This document shows positions 36,679 to 46,479 of a stretch of 64,000 bases of DNA, piece by piece. This DNA comes from Paramoeba atlantica. Taxonomy: Eukaryota > Protista > Discosea. The translations under genes and the position numbers were made by a program. The notes under the pieces were generated by a model. The model saw nothing but the letters and a program-made list of their open reading frames with translations, was not told the origin of the DNA and ran no database searches. Positions within the stretch are counted from its first letter, which is position 1; each line of letters begins with the position of its first letter. The stretch lies in the NCBI GenBank assembly GCA_977017575.1, contig CDRNVI010000145.1:26797-90796 (forward strand), read 5' to 3'.

Positions 36679-39236
36679 TTAATCCATTCGAGGTTTTTTG
36701 AATTCAATTTCATCATCACCAAAACCACATTCATCTCCAATCTTTCTCTTTTTACTTTCTCTTTCTTCTCCTTCTTCTCTTTGTTCTTCTCCTTCTCCTT
36801 CCCCTTCTTCTCCTTCTTCTCTTTGTTCTTCTTCTTTTCCATTTGATTCAATCTTTTCATTCCCTTCTCGTTTTGCAGGTTTAATTGAACCATCAATGTG
36901 AATGAATTCCTATTCAAAAAATTGTGTTTCAATTCTTTGAGAATTTCAAAAAGAATAAGGAAAAGATTTAAAAAACCTTCAAAAACTTCCTCACTGAGTG
37001 ATAGTAGGTGGTGTCTGCTGGTGTTTGTCCCTAAAATATTTTGAAAATATCAAAAAAAAGAGATTCATCAAAAAAAATAAATCAATAAATCAAAGAAAAA
37101 TGAACCTGCTTATTTTTGATTTCAGGATCAGCACCATGTTCACACAAAAGTTTCACCATCTCCAACTTCCCCCCATGTGCAGCCAGATGGAGCGCAGTAC
37201 TTCCATCCTATCATTTTGGGTTGAATGAATTGTTCCCAAAGAGGACCCCAAAAAACAAAGAAATGAGAAAAACCTCCTTTGTTTTGTTGATTTCAGCACC
37301 ATTTTTTAACATAAATAAAACACGCTCATTGGCTGACCGAAAATGTTGATGTTGGATAAGAGCCATGAGAGGAGTGCGACCCTTCAAAAAAAAAAGATTT
37401 AAAATGATACTCAAAAACATCCATTCAAAAAAAATCAAATTAGAAAATACTTGATAGATTTCATTTACATCTGCTCCATTTTCAACTAAGATCTTAACAA
37501 TTGGTAAAGTAACAGAATAGGAACCACAAACTTCATGAAGAATACTCTTTCCCTGTTTTTCCAAAACCAAATTGATGGTAAATTGAAAGAAAGAAAAGAA
37601 AGAAAAGAGAGGGTTGTTTTGAGGAAAGTTATTCAAAAAACCAACAAACTTGAACAATGAGATGTGCTCCATTTTGTAATAATAATTCTGCAATATCTAA
37701 ATTGTTGTTTATACATGCAAGAGCCAGAGGTGATCGACTTGACTGTGGTGATGAGACTTTGAATAAGACAAAGAGAAAAAAAGTTTCAAAGTTTTTGAAA
37801 AAAGAAAAAGAAAAAAAGAGAATACAAATAAGTTAGTGTGAACTCCATTGATTGGACAATTTTTAGAAATCAAAAATTGAGCCAAATCAAAGTTCCCTTT
37901 TTCACTTGCAAAACATAAAGGTCCAACATTCAATTCCTGGTGTGTGTGTGGAGATAAAAAAAACGAAAAAAGGGGGGAGTTGTGAATATTGTGTTGAAAA
38001 CAGAAAAAATTGTTCACAAATAATAAAAAATACCTCTTTCATATTCTCCAATAAATAAGAGATTACATCCATGTGGCCCTCTTTACATGCCAAGACAAGA
38101 CCATCACTGAACCCAACTTGAAGTTGAGCACCATGTTTGGTGAAGAAAGAAACAATTTTAAGATCTCCTAATTTACATGCAATGTGAAAGGGGTTCTAAT
38201 AATTTGAGAGAAATTTTAAAATCAATTTTTTTGATTTTTACAATTAAAAAAAAAATCAAAAAGAGAAAACAGACTCGATTTCCAAAATTGATTGAAGCAC
38301 CTCTTTCCACCAATAAAGTTATAATGTCAAAATGACCTCCCTCAGTTGCCTCAAACAAAGCTGTCTTTTCCTTTTTGTTTCACAAAAGTTGATTTCAATA
38401 AATCATCAAAGAAATCTCAAATAAGAGAAAAGAAAAAAAGCAACCCATTTTCCTGGTTGATCAATCTGAAGATCTTCTATTTTCAAAAAAGTTTTGACAA
38501 TCTCTAAATTCCCTTTTTGACAAGCAACATGAAATGGAGACATTTCATCCTAAAATGACAAAAGGACAAAATAGAATTCATCAATTTCCCTTTCTTCCCT
38601 CCCCCCTCCAGCATAAATAAAAAGACAAGACATTCAAAAATAAAAAACATACTTTTGAAATAAAATTTGGATGAGCACCCTTTTCAAGAAGGAAATGAAC
38701 CATTTTGATATCATTCTCCAAAACTGCAAAACATAAAGGACTCCAACTCTACCAAAAAAAGGTGAATGAAAGGAAATCTCTTTTGTTTCAGAAATCAATT
38801 GTGAAAACTTTGAAAAATGAGAAAGAGAAAAAAAAGGGGGTGTGGAAGAAAAAAAAATAACATTTCGTGAAGAAAAGTTGATATTTGCGCCTTTGTTGAT
38901 CAAAAATTGTGCCATTTCAAAATCCCCTCTTTTACAAGCACAACAAAAAGAAGTTCCTCCTTTCTGTTCCCCCGCCCCCCAAAAAAAGGAGATAGGGAAA
39001 GATTAGTTTTTTTTTTGTGAAAGCATTCAAAAAACTGAAGAAAAAGTTTACATTTGTTGACAAATCCACCTTTGCTTTGTTGTCAATCAAAAGATTTGCC
39101 ATTTTAATGTCTCCCCTTTCACAACAAATCCACAAAGGGCTTTTCCCTCCCTGTTCAAACAAAATGATCATTTTCAAAAAACAAATAATAACTTCCAAAA
39201 AAATGGAAACATGAATCGAAAAATTGATTTGATACG

Positions 39237-39268
<32 letters not shown>

Positions 39269-40063
39269 CTGTCTTTGTTTGATCTACTGTGGCTCCTTTT
39301 TCAATCAAAAATTTGGCAATTTCAAAGTGTCCTTTTTCACAAACTGAAGATAATGCAGTCTTATTTGGTGTTCGCTACAATCAAACAAAAATAAAAGAAG
39401 AAGAATTGAGTTGAACACACACCCAACAACAATCAATATGAAAAAATATGATTAGAGAAAAAAAAAGAGAGATGAGTTAACTGAAATTGGATGAAGAGAA
39501 GAGCCTTTCTCAAAAAGAAACTGAACTATTTCAAGATCCCCAAATTCACAAGCGAGAATAAATGGATCTGATCCATCCTAAAAACCATAACAACAGAGAC
39601 AATCAATCATCAAACTTTTTTCCTCCCAAGACAAACAACCAACTTTTTAAAAAAAAAGAAAGAGAAAAAAACTCGAGCAAGACTCTTGAGGGAAGCTCCA
39701 TTTTCAATCAACAAAGTAATCATCTTTAAGTCTCCTTTTTCACAAGCTCTCATCAAAGGAGTAAACCCTTTCTTTTCTCAAAACTTTCAAATCAATATCA
39801 CAACTCAACACAAACACACAGAGACACAGAATCATCACCAGAGATGATAATGATGACGATCATACACACAAAGATGATGATGATCAATCACAAAAAAGAT
39901 CAACACAAACCAAAAAAAGACAAAAGGAGAGAGAGAGAGACTGAACAACCTGGTGTCTTGGAGATTGATTGACATCCACTTTTTGATTCAAAAGGAGTTG
40001 TTTGACCTTTTCACAATCCCCCTCTTTCACAGCTTCAAACAATTGGCAGTCTGTTAATGACAT
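36679..40063 (-). CDS. Ankyrin-repeat protein copy 8
   Basis: ATG at 40063 (MSLTDCQLFEAVKEGD..). Last exon is 36909-36679 (77 codons). Confidence 0.8.
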
Positions 40064-40352
40064 TTCTTTTTCTCTTTCTCACCTCAAAAAAACAAACTTC
40101 TCAAACCGAAAAGAGAAAAAGAGGAAAATGGCAAGTTGCTCCTTTCTTTTTAGAAAACTAAATTTAGCCATTTTCATCATTTCCTCCTCTTTTTGATTTT
40201 CATTTTCTCTCTTTCTTTTGTTATGAAATTGTCACTGGATGTTGATTTTTCTATTTTATTATTTCCCCCTTCCCCCCCACACCACCACCCCAAATAAAAT
40301 AAACAATTTCTTTTTTGAAAAAAGAAGATTTCCTTTTTCAATTTTGTGGAGG

Positions 40353-43300
40353 TTAATCCATTCGAGGTTTTTTGAATTCAATTTCATCATCACCAAAACC
40401 ACATTCATCTCCAATCTTTCTCTTTTTACTTTCTCTTTCTTCTCCTTCTTCTCCTTCTCTTTGTTCTTCTCCTTCTCTTTGTTCTTCTTTTCCATTTGAT
40501 TCAACCTTTTCATTCCCTTCTCGTTTTGCAGGTTTAATTGAACCATCAATGTGAATGTATTCCTATTCAAAAATTGTGTTTCAATTCTTTGCGAATTTTA
40601 AAAATAATGAGGAAAAGAAAAAGAAAAAGAAAAACCTTCAAAATCTTCTTCACTTGTTGAGAGTAGGCGGAGTCTGCTGGTGTTTGTCCCTAAAATATTT
40701 TAAAATATCCAAAAAAAAAAGAGGTTCATCAAAAAAATAAATCAATAAAATCAAAGAAAAATGAACCTGATTATTTTTGATTTCAGGATCAGCACCATGT
40801 TCACACAAAAGTTTCACCATCTCCAACATAATCCTCCTTGCAGCAGCCAGATGGAGCGCAGTACTTCCATCCTACCATTTTGGGTTGAATGAATTGTTCC
40901 CAAAGAGTACTCCAAAAATAAAAGAAATGTGAAAAACCTCATTTGTTTTGTTGATTTCAACACCATTTTTCAACAAAAATAAAACAATCTCTTTGATTGT
41001 CTGAAATTGTTGATATTGGATAAGAACCATGAGAGGAGTGCGACCCTTTGAAAAAAATGATTAAAATGAGACACTCAAAAACACCCATTCAAAAAAAATC
41101 AAATTAGAAAATACTTGATAGATTTCATTTACATCTGCTCCATTTTCAACCAAGAGCTTAACAACTGGTAAATTAACAGAATGGGAAGCACAAACTTGAT
41201 AAAGAACAGAACTCCGTCCCTGTTTTTCCAAAACCAAATTGATGGGAAATTGAAAGAAAAAAAAGAAAGAAAGAAAAGAGAGGATTGTTTTGAGGAAAGT
41301 TATTCAAAAAAAACCAATAAACTTGAACAATGAGATGTGCTCCATTTTGTAATAATAATTTTGCAATATCCAAATTGTTGTTGAGACACGCAAGAACCAG
41401 AGGTGATTGGCCCTGCTGTGGTGATGTGAGACTTTTGAAAAAGACAAAGAGAAAAGAAATTTCAAAGTTTTTGAAAAAGAAAAAGAAAAAAAGAAAATAC
41501 AAATAGATTGTGAACTCCGTTGATTGGACAATTTTTAGAAATCAAAAATTGAGCCAAATCAAATTTCCCTTTTTCACTTGCAAAACATAAAGGTCCAACA
41601 TTCAATTCCTGGTGTGTGTGTGGAGATAAAAAAGGTATGAAAAAAAGGGGAGGTGGGGTGGTGAATTGTGAATATTGTGTTGAAAACAGAAAAATTGTTC
41701 ACAAAGAATAAAAATCTACCTTTTTCATCTTCTCCAATAAATAAGAGATTAAATCCATGTTACCACCTTGACATGCCAACACAAGACCATCACTGTTCCC
41801 AACTTGAAGTTGAGCACCATGTTTGGTGAAGAAAGAAACAATTTTAAGATCTCCTAATTTACATGCAATGTGAAAGGGGTTATGAATCCTCTGTAATAAT
41901 TTTGAGAGAGAAAAATTTCAAAATCAAAGTTTTTTCATTTTGAATAAAAAAATCAAAAAGAGAAAACAGACTTGATTTTCAAAATTGATTGAAGCACCTC
42001 TTTCCACCAATAAAGTAATAATGTCAAAATGACCTCCCTCAGTTGCCTCACACAAAGCTGTAATTCCCTTTTCACAAAAGTTGATTTCAATAAATCATCA
42101 AAGAAATCTCAAACAAAAGAAAAGAAAAAAAGAAAAAACCTGGTTTCCTTGTTGATCAATCTGAAGATCTTCTATTTTCAAAAAAATTTTGACAATCTCT
42201 AAATTCCCTTTTTGACAAGCAACATGCCATGGAGACATTTTATCCTAAAATGAGAAAAGAAAGGACAAAATAAAATTCATCAATTCTTCTTTCTCACCTC
42301 ACTCCCCTCCTCCAATAGAAATAAAAAGACAAGACATTCAAAAAATAAAAACATACTTTTGAACGGATATTTGGATTAGCACCCTTTTCAAGAAGGAAAA
42401 GAACCATTTTGATATCATTCTCCAAAACTGCAACACATAAAGGACTCCAACTCTACCAAAAAGAGATGAAAATATTTAAATAGAGTTCTTTTTTTCAAAA
42501 ACTTTGAAAGTTGAGAAAAAGAAAAATAACAATGGGTGTGGGAGAATAAACACCTCGTTGTAAAGAAAAGTTGATATTTGCACCTTTGTTGATCAAAAAT
42601 TGTGCCATTTCAAAATCCCCTCTTTTACAAGCACGACACAAAGAAGTTTCTCCTTTCTGTCCCCCGCCCCCCCAAAAAAAAAGAAGATTGGTAAAGATTA
42701 GTTTTTTTTTTGTGAAAACATTCAAAAAAAACATTCAAAAAAACTTTACATTTGTTGACCAATCTACTTTTGCTTTGTTGTCAATCAAAAGATTTGCCAT
42801 TTCAAAGTCTCTCCTTTCACAACAAATCCACAAAGGACTTTCGCCTCCCTGTTCAAACAAAATGATAATTTTAAAAAAATGGAAACAGGAACCAATGAGG
42901 AGAGAAAGAGAGAAAGAGAAAGAGAGAAAGAGAGAGAAACTGTCTTTGTTTGATCTACTTTGGCTCCTTTTTCAATCAAAAATTTGGCAATTTCAAAATA
43001 TCCTCTTTCACAAACTAAAGATAATGCAGTCTTCTTTCCTCCCCACTGGTAAAAAATGAAAAAAAAATTCCACAAGTTAAATCAATGAAAAATTCTGGCA
43101 GAACAAAAAAAAAAGAGAGATGATTTACTGCTGACTGAAGAGAATAGCCTTTCTCAAAAAGAAATTGAACAATTTCAAGATTCCCAAATTCACAAGCACA
43201 AATCAGTGGATCTGATCCATCCTTCAAAAACCAAACAATCAATCAAAACTTTTTTTCCTCCCCACGACAAACAACCAACTTTTTCAAAAAAAAGAAAGAG

Positions 43301-43629
43301 AAAAAACCTCAGCAGCATGACTCCTGAGGGAAGCACCATTTTCAATCAACAAAGAAATCATCTTTAAGTCTCCTTTTTCACAAGCTCTCATCAAAGGAGT
43401 AATCCCTTTCTTTTCTCAAAACTTTCAGATCAATATCACAACTCAACACACAACAGATGATGATGGGAGCAACACAAAAAAAAAGACAAAAGGAGAGAGA
43501 GAGAGACTGAAAAACCTGGTGTCTTGGAGATTGATTGACAGCCACTTTTTGATTCAAAAGGAGTTGTTGAACCTTTTCACAATCCCCTCTTCCCACAGCC
43601 AGAAACAATTGGCGGTCTGATAATGACAT
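40353..43629 (-). CDS. Ankyrin-repeat protein copy 9
   Basis: ATG at 43629 (MSLSDRQLFLAVGRGD..). Last exon is 40562-40353 (70 codons). Confidence 0.8.
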
Positions 43630-43788
43630 TTCTTTCTCCTCTCTCTTTTCAACTGAACGGAAACGGAAAAAAGAAATAAAAAGGAAAACGGCAAGTCGAC
43701 CTGAACTTTTTAGAAAACTAAAATAAGCTATCGTTTTTAAGGGAGCTAAATTTTTCTTTTTTTTTGTTTGTTTTTTCTTGCTCTGTAC

Positions 43789-43900
43789 TTTGAGTTCAAG
43801 CCTTGAGTTCAAAACCACGACGTGATTTAAAGGGGACTTTTTGTCCAATCAATAACAGTTTTATTCGAATAAATTCAAAAATGGGTTGGGGAGAAACGGT
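43789..43900 (+). repeat. Left terminal inverted repeat (112 bp; 113 bp if the TSD is TA)
   Basis: Begins TTTGAGTTCAAGCCTTGAGTTCAAAACC (TTGAGTTCAA occurs twice). Contains the perfect palindrome TTTATTCGAATAAA at 43860-43873. Confidence 0.97.
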
Positions 43901-44117
43901 TCTCTCGATTGTTTCTTTTGTTGGTTTTTGTTGTTTCGAAGAAGTGGGAGTGGAAATAAATGGACCTTAAGTTTTCAAACAATTCTTTGATTGTCTGACG
44001 TCAATAAATTACCTTTTTATGGTCAAAGATGACATGGCAGCAGCTCAGTGGACAAAACAAAATCCTCAAAGTTGACTCATCACCTGTGAATTGAAAAACA
44101 CTTTCAAAAATCTCACA

Positions 44118-45769
44118 ATGGATCAGATTCCTCGAAGGTCAAGTCTCCCCCTTGCTGAAGGGACGAAACAAGTGGCAAAAAAACAAACTGGACGAAAAGG
44201 GGGAACACTCGCCACAGTTCGCACAAAACAAGGACAAGTGAAGACCGAAAAAGCGGCTCAATCTGCAAAGTGGGACGAAGAGGAATGGATGCTTGTTCCC
44301 CTACAGGATTATCGATTAGTTCCAATATTTGAGGAAAAACAATCGAGAATCAACTTACCCCGTTCAGCTTCGCGATTGTTTTGTTTTTCCTCTCTCTGGA
44401 CAGAGGATGTGGTGTTGGCAATTCTTGATCGAAGCAAAGTCTCCCTTCAACATTATTGGATGCATCTTGCGATTCGGATCCATATTCATGGAGGATCAGG
44501 AGGGAAAAAATCTTGTTCTCGGGACCATTGGCCACTCCCTGTGGAAATCTTCAAAGGGTGGACAATGTGTTATCCAAATTTTGTTCGAATCTTCTGTGCT
44601 TGTCCTGTGGATATCCATGCATGGGAAATTCTGTCGAAAAATGCATCACGCCTTCTGACAGTTGGTGATCGCCAAGCCGCTGATGAAAAACAACAAAAGT
44701 GTCGAGCGGAAGTAAATCCGGTAGTCTCTCTTGTGACGTCCAAAAAGAACGCTCCCGTTGGGAATTGGTTTTTTCAAGTTTGTTGTCGGACTCCAAATGG
44801 TGTTCCTTACATGCTCAAATGCCGCCTTGCAAAGGTTTATAAGGGCGACAAGAAGCTTTCCCATTGGTCAAAATGGGTCAAGGCTGAAGGAAATAATCCT
44901 GTGACTTTCTCAGATTCTCTCTATGTTGCAGACGAGACGGTCAGAACGTTCAACAACGAAAAGAAATGTCTGAACCACCTGTTGAGGAAGTCGAAAAGAT
45001 TGGTTTCTTTTTTTCTTATTTTATTTTCCTTTCAATTATTTTTCTCATTTTCTTTGTAGACCTTCCAAAAGGGTGGTACCAAATTTGCCTTCCCAATTCT
45101 CCTTCGATTTATTTTCGAACTCGAGGCCAACTTGTCAGCCATGAGCCCCCAAGTCTGAAAAAGAAGTCAGGTTCATCGAAAAAAAAGATCAAAGAAAAGA
45201 ATGGGAAGAAGAAGGAGGAGGTTGGAGAGGAAGAGGTTGGAGAAGAAGAGACAGATGAAGAGACAGATGATGAAGATGATAAGGGAGAGAAAGGAGGTCA
45301 AGAAAATGGTGGAAAAGAAGGCAAAGAAGGTGAAAATGACGAAGATCAGGCTCTTATCAAATGTCGTGCTTGTCGAAAGGAAAATCGGTCTGATTTCAAT
45401 TTTTGTGGGAAGTGTGGAACTGGTTTGAAGGGAGGAAAAAAGAAGGGTGGTTGTTTTTCTGGTTTTGGGGTTGGGTCTGATCCAATCATGTACACTGATT
45501 ATGGGATTGGATTTGATGATTGTGACCATTTTAATATGGACTTCTCGAGGCACCAATGGCCCTATCGGAGATCGGGAACCAGATCGATGACAAAAGGGAA
45601 ATCATTCTCAGGGTATGAATTGAAAATCGATGATTTTTATTTCACAGGAATGCTTCTCAATTCTTACGCTCTTTTCCAAAGCCAGAATAATCACCATGAT
45701 TCCTCTTTCTCTTGTTTTTGTGATCACTTGGCCTCTGAAATTGTGTGTTGGTTGAAAACAATCAAGTAA
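44118..45769 (+). CDS. piggyBac-family (DDE_Tnp_1_7-like) transposase, split over two frames around a T-rich putative intron (~45003-45059)
   Basis: TVGDRQAADEKQQKCR..SKKNAPVGNWFFQVCC..PYML resembles piggyBac TPGAHLTIDEQLLGFR..NKPSKYGIKILMMCD..KYMI (Asp at 44682). VTFSDSLY..LLRKSKR resembles ITCDNWF..GTVRSNKR (Asp at 44913). PIMYTDYGIGFDDCDHFN resembles PQMVMYYNQTKGGVDTLD (Asp at 45524). MLLNSYALF..FCDHLASEI matches the C-terminal helices. Alignment was from memory; no HMM was run. Confidence 0.8.
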
Positions 45770-45773
45770 CTTG

Positions 45774-45885
45774 ACCGTTTCTCCCCAACCCATTTTTGAA
45801 TTTATTCGAATAAAACTGTTATTGATTGGACAAAAAGTCCCCTTTAAATCACGTCGTGGTTTTGAACTCAAGGCTTGAACTCAAA
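45774..45885 (-). repeat. Right terminal inverted repeat
   Basis: Base-for-base reverse complement of the left TIR. It starts 5 bp after the transposase stop codon. Confidence 0.97.
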
Positions 45886-46479
45886 GTACTGTGTTTCGTG
45901 ATGAATTTCTCATTGAGAAAATTCTCCTTTTCAAAGGTATTTCAAAATATGAAGAAGAAACAAACAACAGAAGTTTTCTGTTTCACATTTTGAAACCACC
46001 ATGTTTTCTTCAGAAAACATGACTTCAGAAAAAAAAAAAGGGGAATCATTCGAGTCCCACTTTCTGAAATCTCTTTTGGTTTTTTTGGCGATCAAAAGCA
46101 AATTCAAGTTTTAAACCACAAAAAGAGCAAACTTTTTTGAAAAAATCACTTCCTGACCAAAAACAATCAAACTTTATCGATTTGTCAATTTGGCCAAGGA
46201 TTTCGATGACGTCGTTGCGGATTGCTATATTAGGTTTTCTAAGGAGGATGAGTCATCATCATTCGCCGAAAATAGTTTTGTACTTTTCGGAAATCGCACG
46301 TCTGTCTCGAGACCGGAATGTTCAAGACGACCAGAAATCCGGAATCCTTGCCGATTCCGATGGAGAATCCTATCAGATTCAAAAAATTCAAATCAAATCC
46401 GATGAAATTTCATTGAGTGACGTCATCATTGGTGTCACTCCTTGGGTGTTTCGTATTTGGGGCGGTTTGTAGACAACTC

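Larger units (their letters stand above)
10620..43730 (-). repeat. Tandem array of nine ~3.3-4.5-kb ankyrin-gene units, all in the same orientation
   Basis: The same exon series, introns, 3' flank (ccccaaataaaataaacaa) and 5' flank recur nine times. Confidence 0.95.
43789..45885 (+). mobile_element. piggyBac-like cut-and-paste DNA transposon (2.1 kb) with perfect TIRs and a GTAC (or TA) target-site duplication
   Basis: 43789-43900 is the exact reverse complement of 45774-45885. GTAC lies at 43785-43788 and 45886-45889, and flanks diverge outside it. The internal ORFs carry piggyBac-type catalytic motifs. Confidence 0.92.

Noticed and set aside
10961-43059. Many Phe- or Lys-rich short ORFs across the ankyrin array
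   Set aside because: They are intron read-through and antisense frames of homopolymer-rich DNA.
43378-43848. 156-aa ORF extending copy 9 into the left TIR
   Set aside because: It starts at a non-ATG codon inside the TIR and reads through low-complexity flank; the paralogue-consistent start is 43629.
43786-45888. Classification of the element as Tc1/mariner from the TA flanks
   Set aside because: The protein motifs match piggyBac DDD spacing and context, not DD34E/D. A TA TSD itself cannot be excluded from one copy.
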